From Clostridia bacterium (lineage in GTDB: Bacteria > Bacillota > Clostridia > CAKSNL01 > HGM11501): a DNA stretch of 64,000 nt. The position numbers and the translations under genes are program-made. Within the stretch, counting starts at the first letter, position 1; each line of letters begins with the position of its first letter. The notes beneath the pieces were generated by a model that had not been told where the DNA came from, ran no database searches, and saw only the letters and a list, made by a program, of their open reading frames with translations. The stretch covers positions 11,973-75,972 of the forward strand of contig JAZQAZ010000017.1 in the NCBI GenBank assembly GCA_045545475.1, read 5' to 3'. Of this stretch, positions 9,307 to 17,560 are shown piece after piece.

Positions 9307-10635
9307 ATGACAAAACTGACGGTTGATTTTTCTGAAATGAAAGGGAAAATTAAGCCTATGCATTCTGTAAATAACGGCCCTGTCGGAGGTACCTGGGGAG
9401 TTGGAAATGTTGAACTTTTCAAGGAAGCGGGAATTGCCTATGCAAGAAATCATGATGCTGCTTTTGCCTCGGCATACGGCGGGGAGCATGCTGTTGACGT
9501 ATCAAACATATTTCCTGATTTTGATGCAGACGAAACAAAGGAAGAAAACTATGATTTCGTGCTGACCGATGTTACCGTTAAGAAGTGTATGGAGGCAGGC
9601 ACAAAGGTTTTCTACCGTCTGGGACAGAAAATTGAACACGCCATTAAAAAATACGGAGTTAATCCCCCTGAGGATTTTAAAAAGTGGGCGGTTATCTGCG
9701 AGCATATCGTAAGACACTATACCGATGGATGGGCAGAGGGTTTTGATGCGGGAATAGATTACTGGGAAATATGGAACGAGCACGATAACGGCGAACCGGA
9801 TAAAAATCCCTGCTGGACAGGAACAATGGAACAGTTTTACGATTTTTATGAAGTGGCGGCAAAGCATCTTAAAGAACAGTTTCCCCATTTAAAAATCGGC
9901 GGTCCTGCAATGGTTGGCTCAACTCCCAACTATAAAAAGGCAGAGGAGTTTGTGTCGGAAATGGCAAAGCGAAATGTACCGCTGGACTTTTTCTCCTATC
10001 ATTTTTATACCACGAGTGCCCACGGAATGAGCTGGACGGCAAACTATACAAGAGAATTGCTTGATTCCTATGGCTATAGCGATACGGAAATCATCCTTGA
10101 CGAGTGGAATTACTGCACAGGATGGGACAGGGAAAATATGACACACTCCTATAAAACAATCCGTTCGCTCCGCGGTGCGGCATATGTAAGTGCCTGTCAG
10201 ATTGACGCACAAAAATCCCCTATCGATATGTTTATGTATTATGATGCAAGACCCGGCACAGGCTTTAACGGGATGTTTGAGCTTGGAACATATGAACCGA
10301 TGAAACCCTATTATTCCTTCTTAGCCTTCAACGAGCTTTATAAGCTCGGAGGCGAAACAAAGTCGGAAAGTGACGATAATGATGTTTATGTTCTTTCTGC
10401 AAAGGGCGATAAAAAGGCAGTTCTGATTTCATACTATGGTGCTGTGGATGCGGAAGATAAGGTTATAGAGCTTCATCTTTCGGGATTTGAAAAGCCGAAT
10501 AACAAGGTGTCCTATAAGATGCTGGATAACGAATATGATCTGGAACTTACCAAGGATGAATATATAAACGGCGAAGCAGTAACGCTTTACATTAAAATGG
10601 AAGCAAATACGGTGTTGCTTCTTACTATTGAATAA
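9307..10635 (+). CDS. GH39-like glycoside hydrolase (clan GH-A)
   Basis: ARNHD, WEIWNEH (acid/base), KIGGPA, DFFSYH, ILDEWN (nucleophile). Confidence 0.8.
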   Translation: MTKLTVDFSEMKGKIKPMHSVNNGPVGGTWGVGNVELFKEAGIAYARNHDAAFASAYGGEHAVDVSNIFPDFDADETKEENYDFVLTDVTVKKCMEAGTKVFYRLGQKIEHAIKKYGVNPPEDFKKWAVICEHIVRHYTDGWAEGFDAGIDYWEIWNEHDNGEPDKNPCWTGTMEQFYDFYEVAAKHLKEQFPHLKIGGPAMVGSTPNYKKAEEFVSEMAKRNVPLDFFSYHFYTTSAHGMSWTANYTRELLDSYGYSDTEIILDEWNYCTGWDRENMTHSYKTIRSLRGAAYVSACQIDAQKSPIDMFMYYDARPGTGFNGMFELGTYEPMKPYYSFLAFNELYKLGGETKSESDDNDVYVLSAKGDKKAVLISYYGAVDAEDKVIELHLSGFEKPNNKVSYKMLDNEYDLELTKDEYINGEAVTLYIKMEANTVLLLTIE

Positions 10636-10640
10636 TTCTG

Positions 10641-10665
10641 AAAACCGCCCGACGGGCGGTTTTTT
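10641..10665 (+). terminator. Intrinsic terminator
   Basis: AAAACCGCCC/GGGCGGTTTT plus T-tract. Confidence 0.85.
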
Positions 10666-10717
10666 CTTGCATTTGTTTGATTTTTGTGCTATAATTCAAG
10701 GCGAAGGACGTGATACT

Positions 10718-11488
10718 ATGGACTACAATTATCATACTCATACGGTGAGGTGTCATCACGCCGTTGATACGGCAGAAGAATACATAGAGCGTGCAGTTTC
10801 CTGCGGCATAAAATATATGGGCTTTTCAGACCATGCACCTTTTCCTCATCCTGACGGAAATGAAGCGGGCTACAGAATGTGTGCATCTGAAGGCAAGGCG
10901 TACTGTGATGAAATAAAGGCACTTAAGGAGAAATATAAAGAAAAAATCGATATAAAAGTCGGCTTTGAAATGGAATATTTCCCTGACAGCTTTCCCGAAA
11001 TGTTAAAAAGAGTTAAGGATTACGGTGCGGAGTACCTTATTTTGGGTCAGCACTTTGCAAAGGAAGAATATTACCACGTTCCCTATACGGGAGCTGCCAC
11101 TGACGATATGGAATATCTTAAACTCTATGTGAAAACCGTAATTGAAGGAATGGCTACGGGTAAGTTTACCTATGTCGCCCATCCTGACCTTATGAGGTAT
11201 ACGGGTGATGAGGCAATATATAAAGAAGAAATGAGAAAAATATGTATCGCATCAAGAGAATGTGGCATTCCTCTTGAAATAAATTTCCTCGGAATATATG
11301 ACGGCAGACATTACCCGAATGAAGGATTCTGGGCTATTGCTGCCGAGGAAAAGAGTCCCGTAACCTTTGGGTTTGATGCCCACGGTGCAAAAAGGGCTTA
11401 TGATGAAGCATCTTTGCTGAAGGCAGAAGAAATGGTAGAAAGGCTTGGACTTAACTATATAGGAAAGCCCGATATCTTATTTATATAA
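10718..11488 (+). CDS. PHP-family histidinol-phosphatase-like protein
   Basis: YHTHTVRCHHA, FSDHAP, GFEMEY, AHPD, FDAH. Confidence 0.8.
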   Translation: MDYNYHTHTVRCHHAVDTAEEYIERAVSCGIKYMGFSDHAPFPHPDGNEAGYRMCASEGKAYCDEIKALKEKYKEKIDIKVGFEMEYFPDSFPEMLKRVKDYGAEYLILGQHFAKEEYYHVPYTGAATDDMEYLKLYVKTVIEGMATGKFTYVAHPDLMRYTGDEAIYKEEMRKICIASRECGIPLEINFLGIYDGRHYPNEGFWAIAAEEKSPVTFGFDAHGAKRAYDEASLLKAEEMVERLGLNYIGKPDILFI

Positions 11489-11498
11489 GGAGAATGTT

Positions 11499-12536
11499 AT
11501 GGACAGATGTGAAAAACTGTTGAAAGAAATCGGCCATGCGGTTTTGATAACCTCTGACGAAAACTGCTATTACTACTCAGGCTTCACCGGTGGCGACAGC
11601 TTTCTTTTGATAGCGGATGGCTACCGGGGACTTTTTACTGACGGGCGCTATACCGTTCAGGCAAAGGAGGAGGCACCTGATTTTGAAGTTTTCGACCGAG
11701 ATGTTATAAATAATCTTAAGAAAGTGGTGTCGGACAGAAAAATCGAGGTTGCGGGCTTTGAAGAAGCAAATATGACCGTTGCTACAATGGCACGTTTTAC
11801 AGGGATATTCAAGCTTGTTCCTGTGGGTGGAAAAATAAACGCTTTAAGAAAAATAAAGGATGCATCGGAAATTGAAAAAATAGCGGCGGCACAAGCTCTT
11901 TCTGAGGCGGCATTTAACCATTTTCTTGAAAATGCAAAAGCGGGAATGACAGAAACCGCCGCTGCAAGCTTGATTGAAGGCTATATGAGAAAAAACGGAG
12001 CAAGAAGACCAAGCTTTGAAACAATCGTTGCATCAGGCGTAAGGGGAGCGATGCCCCACGCAAGGGCGGAGAATATAAAGATAGTTCCGGGCATTCCCGT
12101 GGTGTGCGATTTCGGATGTGTTTTAGATAATTACTGCTCTGATATGACAAGAACGGTATTTTTTTCTTATGCGGATGATAAGTGCAAAGAAATTTATAAT
12201 ATAGTAAAAAAAGCAAATCTTGCATCACTTTCCGTTGCAAAGGAAGGTTTAACAGCAGGGGAAGTTGACAAGGCGGCAAGGGATATAATAGAAAAAGCGG
12301 GTTACGGGAAAGAATTTTGCCACAGCTTGGGCCACGGTGTGGGGTTAATGGTTCATGAGGCACCTTATGCAAGAAGCAAAAGCGATGAAATACTTGAAAG
12401 CGGAATGACACTTACAATTGAGCCGGGAATTTATGTTCCCGATTTTTGCGGTGTCCGCATAGAGGACCTTGTGATAATCGAAGAAAATGGAGTAAGAAAT
12501 TTAAATAAAATAACAAAAGATATACTAATTCTGTAA
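11499..12536 (+). CDS. pepP: Xaa-Pro aminopeptidase (M24)
   Basis: FETIVASG, YCSDMTRT, HSLGHGVG, TIEPGIY, GVRIED; upstream of efp. Confidence 0.9.
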   Translation: MDRCEKLLKEIGHAVLITSDENCYYYSGFTGGDSFLLIADGYRGLFTDGRYTVQAKEEAPDFEVFDRDVINNLKKVVSDRKIEVAGFEEANMTVATMARFTGIFKLVPVGGKINALRKIKDASEIEKIAAAQALSEAAFNHFLENAKAGMTETAAASLIEGYMRKNGARRPSFETIVASGVRGAMPHARAENIKIVPGIPVVCDFGCVLDNYCSDMTRTVFFSYADDKCKEIYNIVKKANLASLSVAKEGLTAGEVDKAARDIIEKAGYGKEFCHSLGHGVGLMVHEAPYARSKSDEILESGMTLTIEPGIYVPDFCGVRIEDLVIIEENGVRNLNKITKDILIL

Positions 12537-12636
12537 AAAAATCATAAATATAGTATTTTTAGTAAAAAAAGACTTGAAATTTATAAAGATTTAGTATACA
12601 ATATAAAAGATAATAATAGTAGAAAGGATGATTATC

Positions 12637-13194
12637 ATGATATCTGCAGGTGAATTCAGAAACGGCGTTACCTTTGAAATGGACGGCAACGTATTCCGTA
12701 TCGTAGAGTTCCAGCACGTAAAGCCCGGTAAAGGTGCGGCTTTCGTACGTACAAAAATTAAAAACGTTATTTCCGGCGGTGTAATTGAAAAAACATTCAA
12801 CCCCACCGAAAAATTTGAAAAGGCTCACATCGACAGAAGAGAGATGCAGTATCTCTATAATGACGGCGAACTTTTCTATTTCATGGATCCCGAAACATTT
12901 GATCAGACTCCTTTGGGAGAAGACACACTTGGTGACGCCCTTAAGTTCGTTAAGGAAAACGACACCGTAACAATTCTTTCCTACAAGGGCAACGTATTTG
13001 CAGTTGAACCCCAGAACTTCGTAGTACTCGAAGTTACAGAAACCGAACCCGGCTTCAAGGGCGATACAACAACAAACGTTACAAAGCCTGCTACTCTTGA
13101 AACAGGTGCTGAAATCGCTGTTCCTCTCTTCATAGATATCGGCGATAAGATCAGAGTTGACACAAGAACCGGCGAATATATGGAGCGTGCATAA
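12637..13194 (+). CDS. efp: Elongation factor P
   Basis: [29 protein letters not shown]. Confidence 0.97.
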   Translation: MISAGEFRNGVTFEMDGNVFRIVEFQHVKPGKGAAFVRTKIKNVISGGVIEKTFNPTEKFEKAHIDRREMQYLYNDGELFYFMDPETFDQTPLGEDTLGDALKFVKENDTVTILSYKGNVFAVEPQNFVVLEVTETEPGFKGDTTTNVTKPATLETGAEIAVPLFIDIGDKIRVDTRTGEYMERA

Positions 13195-13200
13195 GCAAAA

Positions 13201-13407
13201 AATTTCAACAAAGAAATTTTTTGCGGGAATCGTCACGAGCGTTGAAGCGGAGTGACGATACAAAGGAAAAACCGAAGAGGTTTTTCTCGTGAGAATTTCA
13301 ACAAAGAAATTTTTTGCGGGAATCGTCACGAGCGTTGAAGCGGAGTGACGATAAAAAGGAAAAACCGAAGAGGTTTTTCTCGTGAAATTTCAACAAAGAA
13401 ATTTTTT
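13201..13407 (+). repeat. Tandem structured repeat, 93/92-bp period, two full units plus a third 22-bp terminal repeat
   Basis: AATTTCAACAAAGAAATTTTTT at 13201, 13294, 13386; near-identical intervening hairpin units. Confidence 0.95.
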
Positions 13408-13437
13408 ATTGAAACCCGATAGAAAGGTGGAAGAACT

Positions 13438-13833
13438 ATGAGCAAATTAACAGAAAAAGCTCAGTATCTTAAAGGTCTTGCAGAAGGTATAAACTTAAGC
13501 AAGGAAACAAACGAAGGAAAGCTTTTCGCTGCAATTATTGAAATGCTTGAAGAAACTGCTGCTGAATTAAAGAACGTGAAAGAACAGCTTGACGAAGTTG
13601 ATGAGTGTCTTGCTGATGTTGAAGATTTCCTTGACGAAGAATTAGATGATGAAGATGACGAGTATGATTTTGATGACGAAGGCATTTTCATTGAATGCCC
13701 CAAGTGCGGCGATAAAGTTTATGTGGAATTCGATGAAATCAACGACGATGCAACCGTAGATTGTCCTTCCTGCGGTGAGAAAATCGAAATTGAATTCGAT
13801 TGCGACTGCGAAGATTGCGAAGACTGCGAATAA
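13438..13833 (+). CDS. Acidic coiled-coil plus Zn-ribbon protein (CD1247-like)
   Basis: YLKGLAEG N-terminus, CPKC and CPSC pairs, D/E-rich; follows efp. Confidence 0.75.
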   Translation: MSKLTEKAQYLKGLAEGINLSKETNEGKLFAAIIEMLEETAAELKNVKEQLDEVDECLADVEDFLDEELDDEDDEYDFDDEGIFIECPKCGDKVYVEFDEINDDATVDCPSCGEKIEIEFDCDCEDCEDCE

Positions 13834-13840
13834 TAAGAAG

Positions 13841-13869
13841 AAAACGCCGTGCAACGCACGGCGTTTTTT
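13841..13869 (+). terminator. Intrinsic terminator
   Basis: AAAACGCCGTGC/GCACGGCGTTTT plus T-tract. Confidence 0.85.
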
Positions 13870-13883
13870 ACACGAGGTAATTT

Positions 13884-14222
13884 ATGAATATACAAATTTT
13901 CGGAAAAAGTAAATGCTTTGATACTAAAAAAGCGGAACGATATTTCAAGGAACGAAGGATAAAATATCAGCTTATTGACCTTCCTGAATACGGAATGAGT
14001 AAGGGCGAATACAATTCGGTTAAAAATGCCGTGGGTGGCATGGAGGCTTTAATTGATAAGGATGGAAAGGCTTACAAGGATTTGTATATAGAATATACCC
14101 GTCCTTCCGATGTGGAGGCAAAGCTTCTTGAAAATCCGGTGCTTTTCAAAACACCTATTGTCAGAAACGGTAAAGCTGCAACGGTTGGCTACCAGCCAGA
14201 TATATGGAAAACCTGGGAATAA
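13884..14222 (+). CDS. ArsC/Spx-family thioredoxin-fold protein
   Basis: IFGKSKCFDTKKAERYFKER, LLENP.LFKTPIVR. Confidence 0.8.
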   Translation: MNIQIFGKSKCFDTKKAERYFKERRIKYQLIDLPEYGMSKGEYNSVKNAVGGMEALIDKDGKAYKDLYIEYTRPSDVEAKLLENPVLFKTPIVRNGKAATVGYQPDIWKTWE

Positions 14223-14232
14223 TAAGTTATAT

Positions 14233-14264
14233 AAAAATCCTGAAACGAAAGTTTCAGGATTTTT
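14233..14264. terminator. Bidirectional terminator
   Basis: AAAAATCCTGAAAC-GAAA-GTTTCAGGATTTTT. Confidence 0.85.
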
Positions 14265-14385
14265 GTTATATTCTGCTTTATTCGCAGAGTTATATTTTTG
14301 ATAAATCAAAAACGATATTTTATCAGCAGTAGACTAATAAAGCTGAATGGAGTTCATTTGAATTCCATTCAAAACACCCCAACAC
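14233..14385 (-). ncRNA. Candidate ~150-nt structured RNA
   Basis: Minus-strand TTGACA-18-TATGAT (TGn) promoter at 14419-14390; several hairpins; ends in the 14233-14264 terminator; only tiny ORFs. Confidence 0.35.
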
Positions 14386-14493
14386 ATTAATCATAACACA
14401 AAAGACTATGCTTTGTCAATAAAAATATGTTCAAATTTACCATATTCTCCGTTTTATACAAAAATAAATTGTGAACTTTTAACAGTTTGCCTA

Positions 14494-14522
14494 TTGAAAT
14501 AGCTACTTTTTCATGCTATAAT
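14494..14522 (+). promoter_or_regulatory. SigA promoter with extended -10
   Basis: TTGAAA-17-TATAAT preceded by TGc. Confidence 0.8.
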
Positions 14523-14528
14523 AAACTC

Positions 14529-14965
14529 ACAAAGAAGAAAGAGAGGTAAGGTCCAATGAGATAGTAAGAAAGCTCTTTTAAGAAGGTACAATTTAATAGT
14601 GAAGGTTAAAAATAATTCAATGTAAGTAAGTTGGTTAATTTATTGGTAGGAAAATAAACAGTAAAGAAGGAATTTGCTAAGAAGAATTGAAGACACGGCG
14701 GTGTGATACGCTTTATATATAAGTGATTGTTAATCGGCCAGGAAACCTTCATTAAGAGAGCTATCGGAAATTCGCCTTTTGCAAAACGACAAAACATAAA
14801 TCCATCCCGTTGGGGAAGTGAAAGAGTGAGTAGTTTTGGAAGAATTGAATGAGCAAAGGGCAGATTAAGAAAGCGAGGATTAAAAAAGATGTTAGATATC
14901 AAGAGTGAACAGAAATAACCCTTGGTCTTGCGTAAAGAAGCATGATCAGGGGTTATTTCTATTTT
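14529..14965 (+). ncRNA. Candidate ~440-nt structured RNA with 5' RBS and Met-Arg-stop mini-ORF
   Basis: Promoter upstream, terminator at 14911-14965, long-range stems, no sizeable sense ORF. Confidence 0.5.
14911..14965 (+). terminator. Long terminator hairpin
   Basis: AGAAATAACCCTTGGTCTTGC/GCATGATCAGGGGTTATTTCT followed by ATTTT. Confidence 0.7.
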
Positions 14966-15009
14966 AAAGAAAAATCGCAACTTTGTCCTGTAACCGCAAT
15001 ATTTTCATG

Positions 15010-15085
15010 TTGAAAAAAATCCCTATATATGGTAAGATTAAAGTGGCAAAGATACATTGACATTAAATAGGGCAAAAGCTATAAT
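15010..15085 (+). promoter_or_regulatory. Tandem SigA promoters for the nitrilase-GDPD/GH43/GH35 operon
   Basis: TTGAAA-17-TAAGAT (15010-15038) and TTGACA-17-TATAAT (15057-15085). Confidence 0.75.
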
Positions 15086-15104
15086 AATTCCGGAGGTGAT
15101 TTTA

Positions 15105-16697
15105 ATGAAAGTTTGCGTTATACAACCTTTGTATCCTACAGATTATTCAAGATCTGACGAAATGTTTTTATGGGAAATGGAAGCTATGGATAAATGTGAC
15201 GGAAGTATGGATTTAATCGTGCTACCGGAATCTACCGACGTTCCTTGCTTCGCAAAAACAAGAGAAATGGCTCTTGAAAGCTATAAAAAATTTAACAGAA
15301 AACTTATCGAAAAAGCATCAGAAACTGCGAAAAGATGCAATGCGGTACTTTTTATAAATGCATATAAGGAGGTAGAAACCGGTCTCCGTAATACTACCTA
15401 CGCTTTCGACAGAGAAGGCAAAATTGCAGGATATTATTTCAAGCAGCATTTGACACCCGGCGAAACAAGCGAAAGAAAGCTTGACAGCGACTATACCTTT
15501 GAATTTTCCGATACCGACATTATCACAATCGACGGTGTACGTTATGCATTTTTAACCTGTTACGACTTTTATTTTTATGAGGCGTTTGCGAAAATCGCAC
15601 TTGCACGCCCCGATATAATAATAGGATGCTCCCATCAGCGTTCCGATACGCACGAGGCACTTTCCATTATGTCAAAGTTCCTTGCTTATAATACCAACGC
15701 TTATGTGGTTCGTTCTTCCGTTTCCATGAATGAAGAAAGCACCATCGGTGGCGGAAGTATGGTGGTGTCACCGAAGGGAGAAATGCTTCTCAATATGGGA
15801 AGCAGGGTTGGTATGGAGTGCGTAGAAATCAATCCCGAAGAAAAATATTATAAGCCAGGAGGTTTCGGAAACCCCGACATGGCTCATTTTGAATATATAG
15901 AAAAGGGACGCCGTCCCTGGAAATACCGTCCTGCGGGAAGTGCAATCGTAAAGCACGATGCTCTAATGCCATATCCCAGAATCTGTGCACACCGTGGATT
16001 TAACACTATAGCACCCGAAAACAGTATGCCTGCCTTTGGTGCGGCCATCGCCTTGGGTGCCGAAGAGATAGAGTTTGACCTTTGGTACACAAAGGACGGG
16101 GAAGTGGTATCGATTCACGATCCCGATCTTGACAGGGTGTCTGATGGTACTGGCAAGGTTTATGACCATACATATGAAGAGCTTTTAGCCTACGATTTCG
16201 GAATAAAATATTCCGAGGAATTTAAAGGACTTAAGATAATCAAATTTGAAGAAATTCTTGAAAAGTTTGCCTGCCACGTAATTATGAATATTCATATTAA
16301 AAGCGTGGACAATGTAAATCCTCTGCCTGAGGAACATCTTAAAAAGATAATTGACCTTATAGATAAATATGACTGTGCGAAATACTCCTACTTTATGACG
16401 GGTAATGATGCGGTTCTTTCTCAGCTCAAGACTCTGGCACCCGATATATGCCGTTGCTGCGGCGGAGGGGATGCACCTTTAGAAATGGTTGAGCGCGGAT
16501 TAAAATACGGCTGTAAGAAAATTCAGCTTGTAAACTGGGCATTTAATAAGGAAATGATTGATAAAGCCCACGAGAATGGAATGCGATGCACGATTTTCTG
16601 GGCAGATGAAACAGAGCAGGCGAAAAAATATCTTGATATGGGTGTTGACGTAATTTTAACCAACGACTATCAGAGAATATCGCAGGTTATAAAGTGA
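15105..16697 (+). CDS. Carbon-nitrogen hydrolase (nitrilase fold) fused to glycerophosphodiester phosphodiesterase
   Basis: N-half LPES, YFKQHL, LTCYD (E-K-C triad); C-half AHRG, PENS, EIEFD, IHD, ILTND. Confidence 0.85.
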   Translation: MKVCVIQPLYPTDYSRSDEMFLWEMEAMDKCDGSMDLIVLPESTDVPCFAKTREMALESYKKFNRKLIEKASETAKRCNAVLFINAYKEVETGLRNTTYAFDREGKIAGYYFKQHLTPGETSERKLDSDYTFEFSDTDIITIDGVRYAFLTCYDFYFYEAFAKIALARPDIIIGCSHQRSDTHEALSIMSKFLAYNTNAYVVRSSVSMNEESTIGGGSMVVSPKGEMLLNMGSRVGMECVEINPEEKYYKPGGFGNPDMAHFEYIEKGRRPWKYRPAGSAIVKHDALMPYPRICAHRGFNTIAPENSMPAFGAAIALGAEEIEFDLWYTKDGEVVSIHDPDLDRVSDGTGKVYDHTYEELLAYDFGIKYSEEFKGLKIIKFEEILEKFACHVIMNIHIKSVDNVNPLPEEHLKKIIDLIDKYDCAKYSYFMTGNDAVLSQLKTLAPDICRCCGGGDAPLEMVERGLKYGCKKIQLVNWAFNKEMIDKAHENGMRCTIFWADETEQAKKYLDMGVDVILTNDYQRISQVIK

Positions 16698-16705
16698 GGG
16701 ATTTT

Positions 16706-17545
16706 ATGAAGATCCACGAGATAAATATAAGAGATCCATATATACTGCTTCACGAAGGTAAATATTATCTTTTCGGCTCGCAGGCGGGTGAGAGGGAAAA
16801 TAGCCAGATAGGGTTTGATTGTTACATAAGCGATAATCTTGAGGATTTTTCTGAGCCAATCTCTGCATTTACCTATTACGAGGGATTTTTCTGCAAAAAA
16901 GAATACTGGGCACCGGAGGTTCATTTCTATAACGGAAAGTTTTATATGTTTGCAACCTTCCACCCGGAAAACGAGAGACGCGGGACATTTATTTTGGTTT
17001 CCGACAAGGCAGAAGGTCCTTATAAAATGCACTCTGAAAGAATAACTCCTGCTGACTGGGAGTGCCTGGACGGAACGCTTTATGTTGAAGGCGACACTCC
17101 TTATATGGTTTTCTGCCATGAATGGGCACAGATAGGAAACGGAACTGTTTGCGGAGTTGAGCTTTCAGCTGACCTTAAAAAAGCGGTGGGCGAGCCATTT
17201 TTGATGTTTGATGCAAAAAGCGGCCCCTGGGTTGGAAATATCTTCGATAAAGAAGCTTATGTAACCGACGGTCCCTTTATGATAAAGAGGGAAGATGAGC
17301 TTATCTGCCTCTGGTCAAGCTTCGGAAAGTGCGGCTTCGATGGTGGCTATGCCGTAGGAAAGGTAATTTCCGAAAGCGGAAAAATTGTCGGACCGTGGAA
17401 GCATTGCGATAAGCCTTTATACGATAAGGACGGCGGGCACGGAATGCTCTTTAAGACAAAGGAAGGAGAAGAACTTTTTACATTCCATGCACCAAACCGC
17501 CCTGCAGGTGCGGAAAGACCAAAATTTATTAAACTTGATTTATAA
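16706..17545 (+). CDS. GH43 glycoside hydrolase
   Basis: IRDPYI, WAPEV, CLDGTL, TDGPF, GGHG. Confidence 0.85.
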   Translation: MKIHEINIRDPYILLHEGKYYLFGSQAGERENSQIGFDCYISDNLEDFSEPISAFTYYEGFFCKKEYWAPEVHFYNGKFYMFATFHPENERRGTFILVSDKAEGPYKMHSERITPADWECLDGTLYVEGDTPYMVFCHEWAQIGNGTVCGVELSADLKKAVGEPFLMFDAKSGPWVGNIFDKEAYVTDGPFMIKREDELICLWSSFGKCGFDGGYAVGKVISESGKIVGPWKHCDKPLYDKDGGHGMLFKTKEGEELFTFHAPNRPAGAERPKFIKLDL

Positions 17546-17560
17546 GAAAGCGGTGGTAAT

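Noticed and set aside
12559-13329. 256-aa minus-strand ORF with repeated N-terminus
   Set aside because: Antisense shadow of efp; the repeated peptide just reflects the 93-bp DNA repeat
13201-13407. CRISPR array
   Set aside because: The segments between repeats are near-identical, ~70 nt and structured rather than unique spacers; no cas genes in the window
14556-14620. Stop-codon readthrough (Pyl/Sec or recoding) extending Met-Arg-TAG
   Set aside because: TAG is followed at once by TAA and more in-frame TAA codons; other genes use the standard code
14606-14980. 124-aa minus-strand ORF
   Set aside because: TTG start without clear RBS, no motifs, F/L-rich composition expected from the complement of a purine-rich strand; promoter and terminator point the other way
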